A DNA stretch of 64,000 nucleotides, taken from Octopus vulgaris (lineage: Eukaryota). The notes under the pieces were generated by a model. The model was given only the letters and a program-made list of their open reading frames with translations. It had not been told where the DNA came from and did not search any database. Both the position numbers and the translations under genes were made by a program. Numbering within the stretch: the stretch's first letter is position 1; each line of letters opens with the position of its first letter. Below are positions 12,996-27,269 of the stretch, piece by piece. The DNA is taken from the NCBI GenBank assembly GCA_951406725.2, contig OX597814.1, positions 53,072,001 through 53,136,000 on the forward strand, read 5' to 3'.

Positions 12996-13560
12996 AGTGA
13001 TCGACCCACATATTTTGACCCTGGCAGCCAATCTTTGACTCTGGTTAGCTAGCTAGTAGCTAGCTTATTGTAATTTGTATTGTAAAGAAATAGAAAAAAA
13101 ACTCAAAAAAAAACAAAAAAAGAAAAGCATCATGGAAGTTAGTGAAGCATTATTATTCTTAAAGTGAATGCCAAATTGTGACATTACTTCTACTTATTGG
13201 TCCGTTGATTACATCCTTCTTCCATGCAATTTATGTGTTGGTCAGAACCATACCCATTATTACCATTATAAGACTTATAAATATGCTTTCAGTGGCTTTC
13301 ATTTTATGTGTTACTTGTTATTGTTGTTGTGTGTGGAGACAACTCGCAATCATTTATTTCCTGAGAAATTTTCCACCATCACTGTATATGGAGTAGTCTA
13401 TGCATGTGTGTGTGTGTGTGTGTGCATTATATATTTATATAAAATATATAGCACAAAACTGCCCTGTTTTTATGTCCAGAATATGTTTGGAAATATAAAC
13501 AGCCTTGCATTCTTCAAACCAATATCTTAATTTAGCTAAATGTTACTAATGATGGGGGAG

Positions 13561-13566
13561 AATAAA
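13561..13566 (+). promoter_or_regulatory. Candidate proximal polyadenylation signal of the NECAB-like gene
   Basis: First AATAAA seen after the stop codon (~570 nt downstream). Hexamer only, and common in AT-rich DNA. Confidence 0.3.
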
Positions 13567-15707
13567 AACAGTTAGCTATGATAATTAACCTATTTAAAAG
13601 CATTTAATTATTACGGTAATTTTGTAAAGTCAAGATTGTATAAATGTGTGTTTGTGTGTGAGAGAGAGAAAGAGAGATAGAGAAAGGGAGAGAGTATATA
13701 TAAATGTATGTATATTGTATGTGTGAGTGTGTGTGTGTGTGTGTAAATATATATATATATATATATATATATTATTCACACGTTTGTCATTACTTGAGGC
13801 ATGTGTACTTTGAATGAAAATGAATGGGTGGAAGAGACAGCAGTCTTCTGCACTTGTGATCAGAGAAAAAGGTGACAGTTGTGAAGGAATAGAAATATTT
13901 TAATCTGTCTGTCAGTTTATGTATGTATATATGAACATGTGTGTTTGTGTGTGTATACATATGTATATGATGCATGTATATATGTGTGTATATATATATT
14001 AATATATACATATATGTATGTATATACGTATATATATATATATTAATATATACATATATGTATGTTTATGTGTGTGTGTGTATATATATATATGTGAAAT
14101 GAATTGATAGTCGAGCATCAAATAAAATGTCTTGTGATATTTGTTCCAGTTCTCTATGTTCTGGCTTCAAGTCTTTCTGAGGTCAGCTTTGCCTTCCATG
14201 TCCTTGTTGGTAAAGTTTTGGGCAGCAGAGTGGTAGACTTGTTAGAATATTGGTGAAAATGCTTTGCAGTATTTGTTCCAGCTCTTTGTGCACAGGGATG
14301 TGTGTTGTGCCTGAATGTAGAAGACAAAATGGTTTCTTACAAAAAATACTCACAAAAGGCAATGGAATTCAACCAAAAGGGGAAAAAAAAAAATGTTTGA
14401 GATATTCAGCTTTCAAATTCCAGAGGAGAATTTGCAAGCTGGATGGTTGAAACATATTTTGCTGACTTAATAAATTATACACTCTACCTCAGGTATTGAG
14501 TACTCTTCCATTTGTGTGTGTGTTGGGCTTTTTGAGCCATGGTAGTTATCATTGGCAATCCTTCCCCTGCTCTGTTGATTTTATTTGTTGATGGAATTTT
14601 CTATACATTTCAATTGAAGAGAAGAGAGAAATCATTAACAATATTAAATTTTATTGTTATTTAGATTGTTTTTGTTATTCAACTTGATGAAAATAATGTG
14701 GGTTTTTATTGCATTATAAATATTTTGGTTTATGTGTAATTGAAAGCCGTATTTTAAAAACTGTATTTTATTATCACTGAGTATTTTCCTTTAGGAATAG
14801 AAATTACTCTGTACTGTATTTCCTTTATGGAAAGACAACATCCATTTACACAGAAAGAAATAAACCAAAACAAATAAACAACAATTTGAACAAAAATGTG
14901 AACTGCATTAGTTTATTCTCATTTGCTGGAATGTTAGCATGCATGATAATTTTAGATAGTGAAGGCCAAGTAAGGTTTTAGGGTGTATACTTTTATTTGA
15001 TAGTAATCAGGTTTCTTATTCTGTCTTATTCTATCTAAAACTGTTTGTCTATTTTACATATAGAGGATGGAAAGCATAGGTTGTTGGGGAAGAACTGCGA
15101 AATAGCAATAGCATCAGAATTTATTAGAATGTTTTTCCTTTGTTTTCCTAAATTATAGTTTATTCTTTTTCATTGATTTGAGCTGCTTCTGTATTATTAA
15201 ATTTCAGCAATTGTAAAAGTTTGGTTTTATTTATTTTTTTTTAAGAACATCTTGGGAAGAGATTGATATATTAAAAGTACACCAAACAATATTGCAAGCA
15301 GCATTGAAAACATCCTCTCCTGCTAACTTACTCAACCTCTGTTAGTTTGTTTATTGTTGGATTTGCTCAAAAAACACAATGACTTAATGAAAAAGCTGTC
15401 AGTCTTGACTCATGGTTGTGTATTTACATTTTAGCTGTAGATGTGTTTTTTTCTTAGGCAAAATATTTAATTCTACATACTAAAACTACACAATCCTTAT
15501 CAACAAAATTATTCTGCTATTCCTGCTAATTACAGTGTTAATTGGTAAAGCTTTGGTTTTACGTTTTGTTATGTTAATTAATTCATTGAAATTAAATGAA
15601 TATCTTTATAATATTTTCTTTTGTTGTAGTTTGATGTTTTCTTGGTTTATTCATTGAATCAAACAAATGGCATATTATAATATACTGTGTTGTTGTTTTT
15701 GTTGTTG

Positions 15708-15762
<55 letters not shown>

Positions 15763-17035
15763 GCCCTGAATACATGTGTTCCTTATACTTGTTCATGTTG
15801 CTATAACTTCATTAGTGTTGGCATCAAATTATTTTCCCCCTTCCTTCTTATCTCCACACAGTCACTCTATCTTTCCACATGCCTATATTTGTGCTTCTTA
15901 AAGTTGCAATGATTGTGTTACTATGAGAATAACTGTCAGGAATGATATATATTGACATTGCAACAATGTCCATTGTGGTTTGCTGTACAAATTATATGCA
16001 GGTATGGCCTGTTGCTTGCTCATGTTTGTCTTCAGAGTATTATTGTTTTCTTTCCTTTTGTTTCCTTTTGTTTTGCTTTTGTAATTATTTGACAGATTCC
16101 TTTGATAAAGAGTTTCTTGTCAAGCTGTAGCTGACAGACTTGTTAAATGAAATGCATCTTTGCAGTGGGAAATAATCTCTTTCCTATTCATATCTTGCCA
16201 CATGAATATTTAAATATTCTTTCTATCTAATATACAACACTTTTTTTATATTCATTACAACAATTATCAAGTTATTAAATAACAACAAAACACGACAAAA
16301 ACTAACTGAATAAAAAGAACAGCTCAATATTTGATATCACTTGTAAATCCAATATTTGTTGACAGATTATAATAATTTAGAAATGAAATATTTTTGATCA
16401 GTTGTCCTATTTTTTGGCACTCAATATCAATATTGATATTTTACTTTGCTTTTAATATCCTTTCTGGAATATTGGATTGATTCTTTCTTTTATTGATATA
16501 TTCAGATGCTTCCTATGTGAATAAAATTACTGTTTCCAATATATAATCTCCTAAGCCTTACATAAATCATATTGTATGGTTTCTAAACTGTAATCTCAAC
16601 ATCATAAAGACCATATACTATTATCTTCTGCTAGCTTTGTGATAAAAATCTGTCCTCAAATTGCATGTTTAAAGATTATTTCTGGGTTATTTCTGTTTCT
16701 GCTAGATTTATAAACTTTCTTTGAGTCTAAGTTTAACTCTACTCTTGGTATTGAGTCTCCCTATCAGTAAGTGTTGTGTTGCTATTCTTTAATTAATTTT
16801 AAAATAATAACCTTAAATTAACATTTATATTAGCTTTCTTCATATATGCCGTTAAATCAAGATAATGATAGTGTTGATAGTTATATATGTTAATAATGAT
16901 ATTGCTGAATGGGTGTTTGTAGTTTTGTATGTGTGTGTTTATGAATGTGTTTGCATATGTACATATGTATACTTCTATATATATACATATATATGCATGC
17001 ATCCCTCCCTCTTTCTCTCTACCCTATATACATCC

Positions 17036-17073
<38 letters not shown>

Positions 17074-17380
17074 GAATTAATGACATCAGGGTAATAAAGA
17101 TTTTAGAAATTTTTACTACCAGTGGCCTACGTATAGAAAAATTAGTCAATAGACTATATATTATTCATATAAAATACAGTGTACATTTTTCATTCCCTTC
17201 GAAAATTTATCCCTAATTAGTGGTTTGGACTTTAGCTGTTCTTTCTAGCGTAAAGGATTCCTATGATGGAAACCTCTTAATGTGTTTAAATGTACACTGT
17301 ATTTTATATATATATCGTCAGTAGTTCATTTATCCAAAAAAGAAGCACACTCTAAAACATTAGAGCAGTAATATATTTTT

Positions 17381-17544
17381 GTTATTGCTGGTCAGAGAGT
17401 GACCATTGGTTTCACACCTATAAAGCGCTTAGCCATATAGGTGACTCACCAGACTCAAATGTCCATTTGAGTCTGATGAGTTGTCTACACAACTAAGTGC
17501 TTTGTAGGTGTGAAACCAATGGTTACTGTCTGATCAGCCATAAC
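17381..17544. ncRNA. 81-bp-arm inverted repeat; each arm carries a type I hammerhead-ribozyme-like motif (Penelope-type)
   Basis: Arms 17381-17461 and 17464-17544 align without gaps. + strand: gagt-CTGATGA(17473-9)-stem II-GAAA(17512-5)-cc aat gg-TT-actg. - strand: gagt-CTGGTGA-...-GAAA-ccaatgg-TC-actc. Confidence 0.7.
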
Positions 17545-18974
17545 TATTGACTTCCTAAATATATGTGTGTGTGTGTGTGTGGAGAGAGAGAGAGAGAGAG
17601 AGAGAGAAATAGTATCAGTAGTAATATAACATTTAAATTTTGGTTGTATAAACTTATTGGTTATGTTAGTTCTTCAATACTATGTCTATAGTGGTATTTA
17701 ATGTTGTATAAAGGTATTTGCATATTTTATCATTTCAATATGGTTGAGTCTACAAAAATAATTGTCTACACCACCCATTATTATATTTTACAGAGCTGTA
17801 GACAGTTTTGAATTGATTGTTTCAGTATACACACATATATATAATGTTAATGTTCTTTCTTTAAATTGATAATTTCATTTCTTGATCATCTTTAGGAACA
17901 TATTTTATCTCAAAACCATACAAAATCCTTTCCGTTATGCTAGGTTTTCAGACATTTAGACTACATATTTCTAAGAATATTGAAGTACTTGTAGTTTGAA
18001 AATATTTTAATTTTCTGTTCTGAATTGCACTATGACAGATGAAGTGAAGGTAATTTTGAAGATAAGGGTCTTTGTTTCTAAATTGAAAACATTCTGTAGA
18101 CTTAGCCAACTGTCTTAACAAAATCTCTTCTAATACTGCTATAAATTCATTTGTCTTTTTATCTCTCCTACCATCTATGAGCGAACTGCCAGAGTTTGCT
18201 CATTGTAGAATCTTCTACAATGACATTTTTGATTATTTCTTGAAACATTTCATTCAGTCCATTTTATGTGATAAATCAAGCTGTATAAAATTTTAAAACA
18301 TTTATTTTTTTAAATAGTCTTTAAAAATGTATCATATATAAAATACCATGATATCATGAAAAAAAAAATTTTTTTGAAAATTTCTCTTAATTTGAATTAA
18401 AAAAATCTGACAAGGTTGAGCTTTCCATAGAGCTCCAACAGCTTGGTTAAATTGGGTAAACAAGTTATTACAGCAAGTGAATACTGCATATTTCTAACAT
18501 TTGATTAGCATTGTACTTTACAACCAATATTGAATTCCTTTATTAGTTTTAATATTGTATTTTGAGGAAATCTATTTTCATAGAGAATATTTTATTGTCA
18601 TGGAAAGTTATATATTCTAGAGGCTTCCATTATACAAAATGTATTGTTGTAATCATTTTTAAATTGTTACAATTGTTGTAAAATTAACTTGAGAAATACA
18701 CACACACACATACACTTACAGTTGCCATGAATGATTGCTAACTCCAAAGTTTTTTATCCTCTCTCTGTTTATTTCTTCATGTTCCTTTCTGTTGAAGAGC
18801 ATTGGCTCAAAACATAAAAGATTTTCTCACCTTCCCGAGCATCAGACTAATACACCTGCTTGTTGTTTATATACCTGTCTTCTTTTGTTTTTCTGTAAAT
18901 TTCAACTACATACATACATACATACATATATCTACACATAGGTACATACATGTGTATATATGTGCCTCTGTGTG

Positions 18975-19250
18975 TGTGAAGGCACATGATTGCCAAATTG
19001 TGGGTTTGATTCCTGGACTGGCAACACAGTGTTTTTGAGCAAAACCCATCATTTCATATTGCTTGCTCTAGTCCACTCAGGTGTAAATGAGTAACCCTCC
19101 AACAGAACAGTCTTCCGATCAAGCAAAATGTAGGCCTGTTTGCCTGGCCAGTAGGGTGGCATCATTCAAAGGCTAAAACAATGCAAAGCACATTGTGATT
19201 AGTGATGTGTAACATCTGATAGTCTGGTCAATACCGTGATACTGTGAATA
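18975..19250 (+). mobile_element. Old tRNA-derived SINE (CpG-decayed)
   Basis: tgtgaaggcaca head, B-box-like gggtttgattcc, ttgagcaa..ttcatattgct..agtccactcag core; related to 29100-29400 and 33050-33347. Confidence 0.6.
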
Positions 19251-20457
19251 CCATGATGTGTGTGTACACACACATAGATACATTATACATACATATAAAG
19301 ATACATATGTGTTCATATATATATATATATATATGTGTATATATATGTGTGTGTGTGTGTGTGTGTTTACACACACACACACACACACACGCGCGCAATA
19401 TATATGTATATTTGCATAGAATTATAATTTAGAATTATAATTTTAGTCTTGTCTAAAAATAACTTCTTCAGAAGCAAAATAACAAATTTATATTGACATT
19501 CGAAAAATAATTAAGAATTTTGAAAATGTTTTGATTGTGTCAATTTGATGTTGCTTTTGTTTTCCTACTCCGGAAAAAGATGTTAAAAAATAACTTCATG
19601 CCTATACTTGATATTTCTTTCTTTTTTAAATCTATAGTTATTTTAATTATAAACAGCCTAACATGAAAGCTATTTTTATGGCACTGTAAATTGCTTCACT
19701 GACTTAACACCCCAAAAACTACTGCCATACAATACCGGAGATGTACTAGAGCCTGTTTTGTGTGCTGTTGTTCCATACCAGTTCTTGCTGTGGTGAGCAG
19801 ATTGCATGCATATCATTCAGAGGTCTTCCTATGTAATTCATTACAGGTAGCTACATTGCTCTGTTCCCCATCATTATGTAAAGTTTACCCAAAGGTCAAG
19901 TGAATCTATTTATGTAAATATTTGTGACATCAACTAATCTCTGTCGAGCATTCCTTCAAAGATTCTAGTTAATATGTTTTTCTGTTTTAAAGCTTCTTTC
20001 TAACCTGTTTTCTTGTTTGTTTTGTTATTTTTTAAAAGAAATTATTGTTTATTGTTTGTTCTGACCGATCTGCTATATATATACATTTATAATCTCAGTA
20101 GCAATTGAAAGGTTTATTTCTTGTTATTTGTTTATTAACATTCAGTTAAATTACTGAGATATTAAAGGCACAGCAAACAATATTACAAGCAGCATTAAAT
20201 GCAATGCTGAAACTTTTCAACAAGTGTAAAAGAAATATTCCTTTCTTCTAACCTATTCAACATGTGTTTTGTTTATAGTTGGCTTTGTTCAATAGACACA
20301 AATAACCTGATGAACATTGTGTCCAGAGTTTTGATCCATGGTTGTGAGTTCTTATCCAATTACAGCTATCCATCTATATATATATATGTATAGTTTATGT
20401 TTACTTACATCTTAAAAAGTTAGCTAACTTCATTCTTTGATATTCTTTTATTATATA

Positions 20458-21625
20458 CAAGGTTTGATCAATAAGTATCCGGACTAGTGCTATAAAAACA
20501 AAACTACAACATGTACCAATTTGGCATTTAGTCTCCTTCAAAGTAGTCCCCTTTGGAATCCACACACTTAATCCAGCATTGTTTCCTGGAGCTTGTTTTC
20601 TGGGATAATCAGCAGCTGCCTTGTCACATTCACTTTGATTTCTTTGATGTCCTGAAATCTACCTTTCAAGCAGGATTTGATTTTTGGAAAGTCGCAAGGG
20701 GTGAGATCTGGGGAATATGGTGGCCATCAGACCTGGAGAATGCTGTGCCTAGCCAAAAACTGCTCCACAAGCTGCACTAAATGGCCAGGTGTGTTTTCAT
20801 GGTGCAATTGCCACTCACCAGATGCATGCCATTGTGGCCTTTTTCGACAAATAGCATTCCACAAATGCTGCAGAACATCAGGGTAGTACTCCTTGTTTGC
20901 TGTCTGACCAGGTGGAAAATACTCATGATGAACAATCCCCTTTGTAGTCGAAGAAAATGGTCCACAATGTCTTCACATTGCTTTTGTCTTGGGGAGGTTG
21001 GGGTCTTCCACTGCAAAGACTGAGCCTTTGTTTTGGGGTTATAGCCTTAGACCCATGATCCATCACCTGTTATGACTGTTTTCAAAAAGTTTTCATCATT
21101 CTCGACACAATTTAAGGAGATCTTGTGCAATTGAAATCCGTGTGTTATTTTGGTCAGCTGAAATGAGTTTTGGCCCAAACTTGGCAGACACATATCCAAA
21201 TCTTCAGTAATAATGGACTGAACTGAACCATAATTAATTTGTACATACTCTGATAACTCACAGATGGTGATTTGATGACCTCCCCGCACATCTGCGATGT
21301 TTTTCTCAGTTCTGCTGCTAACAGGTATCCCAGAATGTTTGTCACTATTGACATTCTTTTGGCTCACACACTCCTTTCCATACACTTTCTGCAACTTTAA
21401 TGCAGATTCTCTGCTCAACTTTCTCTGTCATGGTCAATGTGATGATCACATGCTACACACGTTCCTTCCAACCACTGCTGTAAACAGCAGAAGTGAGCTA
21501 GAATGTTAAAATTTGGTGCACATGCACAGCAGTGTTCATGGTCAATCTGTGCTAAGCAGCTTCACTCTGCATGCTTTAGCTTCATTACTATGACAACAGT
21601 CTGGATACTTATTGATCAGACCATG
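20458..21625 (-). mobile_element. Near full-length degenerate mariner transposon
   Basis: ~27-bp TIRs (caaggtttgatcaataagtatccggact / agtctggatacttattgatcagaccatg) flanked by TA; minus-strand motifs ITGDGSWV, WQLHHEN and PYSPDLTPCDF, with frameshifts. Confidence 0.9.
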
Positions 21626-23217
21626 TATATTCTATAGATGCTTTTGTGGATTTTCTGAATACTGGTGTGGTGACATCCTAGACCTCCCCACCTTTCCACT
21701 TTCAGATAGCCACTGTCTGTGTGAATGCTTCATGAGCTAAACACTTGGATTACACATTCCAATTCACCTATGATGTATGTACATACACACATATATACTT
21801 ACATGCATACATTCCTACCTACATATCTACATGCATGCATGTATGCATGTATGTGTGTGTATGTGTATTCACTTTTTTTAATATTTACTTAACCAAACCT
21901 TGATGTTATACCCTAATACTGGTATTGACTACTGCAAAAGCTGGATGTTTAACCATACCCTCCTCACAACAGGAAAGCTAACATTGTCACCTGCTTCTCA
22001 CTGATCTTACAGCATGAGCTACTCCACACTAAACAGTTTTACAGACTTTCTAACAAAGTATTTAAGCAAACAAACACATATGAAAATATATAAATAAATA
22101 TATAAAATGATACTGCTGCACACTCCTGTATCCTATTCATTTAATGTCAATGCAGGTCACCTTTAGACTATTAATTCTAACGTCTAAGACTGAATGCTTT
22201 GACTGAGTTTTGTTGATTTTACTTACTCTCATCCAAATGTGTGTGATTGGGGGTTGTGTATACTTAAATCTTAAAAACTGGAGATCTATGAAAATATATT
22301 TTTTTTTAAAGGTAGACTTTAATTGACATAAGGTAATCTTTATATCCATGAATACTGCGTTATTGGCCTTGAGAAATCCTCTTATAAAGGTGCTTCCTTT
22401 GCTAATAATTAATTCTTAATTAACATTTTTGAAGTTTAAATAATTGTTTTATCATTTATTCAGTAAATACAAATTCATTGAAAATAAGTGTGAAGGAAAT
22501 CTGAAATGATGGAAATATTTTAGAAGTTTTGTACTGACAAAATGCCATTATTGATTGAAGTAGATTTAAATTAGTATGTGGAATAAAGTCTGGGAAATTA
22601 AATAACCATCACATCATTTCATTGCAGAAATAGACTCAGGAAAGGATTATTTTGTTCTAAAAAATATATTTTAGTGAATTTGTTTGTAGTGAGGAGAATT
22701 AACTGGAATTACAGTTGGCAGTTGGCATTGTTGTTCAAGCACGTTCTCCATTAGTTATTCTTCTCTCTTCTGTGCTAAGTTCATCCATTTAAATTTCACA
22801 GTTGTTTTCCCTTCTAATGGCGTGTTTTAGCTTCTAACAAGTTGTGACTTAGCTTCAAGTAAAATACTTTATTAATGTACACGTGAATTAAATTAGCATA
22901 CAAAATTGGTTTCTTGGTTTCCTGTGAAAACGATCAAATATGATAAATTAGCTGTAATTAAAATCAAATTATGAATGAATTGGTATTTATGTTAAATATG
23001 AGTAATTGTTAAAGAGTCAAAATATCAGTTTGCCATTATTAAAGCATGAATTTACAATTTTCTGATACTTTTATATGGTATGCCATCATGTGTTGTGTTG
23101 CTTCAGAGATATGCTTATACATCCTTGGTCTTTTGGTTTCTATGTAAACCCTCCTCCCCCCCAAGAAAAAACAACCCTCTAAAAATTGTCATGTGATTGT
23201 AGGCAACATGATTTTAT

Positions 23218-23412
23218 TGCCGTATTTGATGGCATAAAAGATACATGGGCATTTTAGATGTACCTCAATTTCAGTAGCACATATTCAAGAAAAATGAGCA
23301 TTGTGAACAAAATTAGTTTATGGGGTGCCCAACTTTGCATATAGGATCCAGGGGAATTTTTGAGATATTTATTTGGAAAAAAAGTGCGTCTTATATTTCA
23401 TCAAATACAATA
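23218..23412. mobile_element. Tc2/pogo-like MITE
   Basis: Imperfect ~28-bp TIRs: ccgtatttgatggcataaaagataca / tgcgtcttatatttcatcaaatacaa. Confidence 0.6.
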
Positions 23413-24429
23413 TATTAAGACTAATGATTTCCAAAATTGAAAAACAATATTTTACATGTATTTTAGTAAACAAATATGTTTGTTTAAATAGTAATCAACA
23501 CTTATGCCAAGGACATTATTGCTACTGTTAATAAAGCAAGGATTGTTTTAACATCCTCAAATAAATGCTAAGCAAACCCAGAGTTCAGATTCAGTGCTTT
23601 TTTAGTGAGCATTTATTTCATGGAATATACCATCTTGTTATATTAGTTATAGCAATTTATAAGTTGGTGTTCTACTATCACAGTTTTCTTTGGCATTGTC
23701 TATTATTCATTATAGTGTCTTTCTTTTATCTTCCATTCTTTATTGTTTTTTCACTTCTTAAATTTATGTTTCCAAATTAAGAAATGTAATTCTAGATGAA
23801 TTATTACTAAAGCAATGACTAAGTAGTTATTAAAAACAGTATACATTTATTAAATTGTTAGTGGTTTTATTATTAAATTATGTTGTGAAATATTACTGAT
23901 GGAATCCTCTCTCCTGTATATTCTATAATATTCTTGAAAGGAAATAGCTTTGAGGTGAAATATTTATACAAATATATCAATTGTCTACCAAGCATAAAAT
24001 AGTTGAAATTTATGTTAGTTCATTCCTAGTTGAAAGATATCTATGTAAAAGAAATATGGCTTCTTATGATTGGTGAATAGACTGGCCATAATATAGGCTT
24101 ATAAAAGGTGAGGTTAATTTTCCAATATTTCAGATTTGGTGAAATTTGATATTATTATTGCACAATGGCAAAAGTTAAAGCTCTTATCTTTTTCTATTTG
24201 TCTGCAACCTTTCTTTAATTGATGTTTAACGTCAAGTCAGCACTGATCAAGAATATCCTGTCTTTATTTGAAGCATACTGCACCTTGTGTTATATTATCC
24301 AATGTGTCCTTTTTTTCTAAGGTGGTAGGAAGAAGATTTGGTTGCTATGAAGAAGATTTGGTTGCTCTTTCTTGCAAGTCAAATAATTACATAACGATTC
24401 CATTGCTGGCTGGTGGTCACCTTTTCACC

Positions 24430-24775
24430 TTTAGTTGTCTGTCGTCAGATTTGCCACACTATCACTTCCAGATATGCAAATTTATTTTGATATATCATCA
24501 TAATATAATGGTCTGCATATATAGATTGTGTATCTCACAATACAGTACTAGGATAACATACGTAATGTATGTCACCACATAGTACCATTCGAATTTGTGT
24601 CACTTAGTTCCATTGTGCCATTGTAATTGTATTTACCACACATTACTTTCTCTATGGCTGCACATACATATTTTGTGCTTCATCACACAGTACCATCATA
24701 GTTGGTGTCACTTATATAGATTGTATAATTCACTACACAGTACCCTCATTTTTTTTCCATGAAGTACAACTAATA
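24430..24775. repeat. Degenerate minisatellite
   Basis: Recurrent cac(c/t)acacagtacc(a)t...tgtgtcactt units. Confidence 0.5.
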
Positions 24776-24781
24776 TTATCG

Positions 24782-24999
24782 TTGACTCTTTAGTATTTAG
24801 ATTTTACTGTCAGATGTAATACTTATTCTTTCATATTGTTTTAAATGAATTATGCATTATATTGTAGCTTCAATATTCCAATGTTATTGTTTATTTTTAG
24901 AATGACATTGTAGGGTCGGTGTGAGAAACCAGATCTGGCTGGTTTGAGCCAAGGGAATACTTGGGCCAAATATGACCGGTTTAAATGCTGGAGGGTTAA
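24782..24999. mobile_element. piggyBac-like MITE, complete copy
   Basis: ttgactctttagtattta ... tttaaatgctggagggttaa termini; same family as 7706-7925. Confidence 0.6.
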
Positions 25000-25220
25000 G
25001 ATGGTGAGTTGGAAGAATTGTTAGTGTGCTGGATAAAATGCCTAATTGCATTTCTTCTGGTTCTTTACTTTCTAAGTTTAAACCTGGCTGAAGTCCACTT
25101 TGCCTTTCAAGATCAAATAAAATAAGACCAGTTCATCACTGGGTTTGATGTAATCAACTGTCGCCTCTCCACAAAATTTCAGGCCTTGAACCTATAGTAG
25201 AAAGAATTATTATTTTTTTT

Positions 25221-25259
<39 letters not shown>

Positions 25260-27269
25260 TATTATTATTATTATTATTTGATACTAGAAGAGTGGATTAG
25301 CTTGGGTTTTCAGCTATCCTGCAGAGGTCAACTTTGCCTGGAGTTGATAAAATAAAGTACCAATCATTTATAGAGTTACATGTGTTGGTAACATTTCTGT
25401 CACTACTTAATATTCTACCTTAATCACCATTGTATTATGTAGTTATATAAAATTCTATTCACCATTCTCAATCAGTATCACTATCCTTATTTTCATTTAA
25501 TATGGTATCAATATCCTTATTTTCATCTCTTCAAATTTCTTATTTCATGCTTATCTTAGAAATTATTATTTTACCATACCAGAACAGTGGATTTGTAGCC
25601 TGGCTCTATATTTTTTCTGACTCTTTAAAATCACACTAAAGTGGCCAGCTTTACTTTAAATAAAGTACCAGTCATATACTGGAATTGATTTAATCAATTA
25701 ACCTCCTCCCCTCAGATTTCTGGCCTTGTGCCTATGTTAGAAATTATAAAAGTAGCTAATATTTTGTTTTACAGAACTAACCATTTTTACTTCAAACTAC
25801 ATATTTTTGCTATAAATTCCAAATTAGCATTGTTTATATTTTTTTCAATATTGTATTATATTTAGAAATGCCATTGAATACTGGTCTGATGTTGTTCCTG
25901 TTGTCAAGTCTGTAAAATGTCAGAATAAGATTGTCACTAATATTTCTTGTTTGTCACAGGAACCCAACAAAGTTTTGTAACACTTTACATTTAAAGGTCA
26001 GGCTTTCACTTTCTATTTTGGTTTCCAAGATTGACAACATTTAATCTAAGATGGTACATAGATTTAGCTTGTCTTCACATTCCACCCCTTGGTTTTCTGT
26101 TATGAAATATCATTGCTGTTGTTGGTTTGCAGAATGTATTTGAAATTGTTGTTGTTGCAGTGATGAAATTGTTGTGGTCTTAGTGATGGATGGTAACAAA
26201 TTTGTTCCTATTTTTAGCTCTGGTAGTAGTGGTTGTGATGGTAATAATGGTAGTAGGGTGGTAGATGAGATATTGATGGAAGCAGCAGAATGATTTGAAA
26301 CAAAACAACTCATTGAACCAATGAAAATGCTTTTTTGTCCACATGCACTTGTACACCTCACTTAAGCACTCTCTCCTTCACTTTTCTATTTCTCATACAA
26401 ACACCTTCACATATTAAGACATACAAATACACCACTGCACTATACTAGCATTGCAGAGGCAGCTCTATTTCAGTACTATTATAATACAGCATTATACACC
26501 AAGTATAATGTACTATATTAATTCAGACCTAGTTAATGTAGCTAAATCACTCCATTCATTAGTTTTAAAACAAAAAGAAGCATATTTTTTATATCTAAGT
26601 CCTTAACCTTGAAATTGCATGCCCTTCAGTAAAAAACAAGATGACCTTAAGTAGAAATGCTAAGGTCTTCTTTGTTTGATCAGTTGACTCTGTATAACAG
26701 TTCTACTCAAGTAGAGTTTAGCAAGGCTATCTAATAACAACTGTAACAACAACAATGACAACACCCCTTATTGCCAGCATAGAAATTTTGCCAACATTGT
26801 AATGTGAGAATTAATGCTGATTAAGTACCAATAACAGATGGTAAAAGCATGGTGGTATGCATTATTTAATTTGGTGCTTCACTCTTAGTCAGTTCAGTAC
26901 CCATTTAAGTCAGTTTTGCCTTTCATTTATTGTGGATCAATAAACATATACTAGTTATGCATTAGATACAATAAAAATACTTAACTATTGAATGTGTTAC
27001 AATTAGCACCACAATATAGCATTACTGGCTCTACTAATAGCACTAATAAATTTGCTGTTGATTATTACTTGATATAATAAGCAAAGCTGGAAGCTGGCAG
27101 AATCATTGGTGCATTGGACAGAATGCATAGTAGCATTTCTTCTGGCTCTTTACTTTCTGAGTTCAAATCTGACTGAGTTCAACTTTTCACCTCTGTCTTT
27201 TCTCATTATAGCACTACTGTCAAAAGTCTGTATACCTGTAACATCAGCAATAAATAGAACATTGATGAT

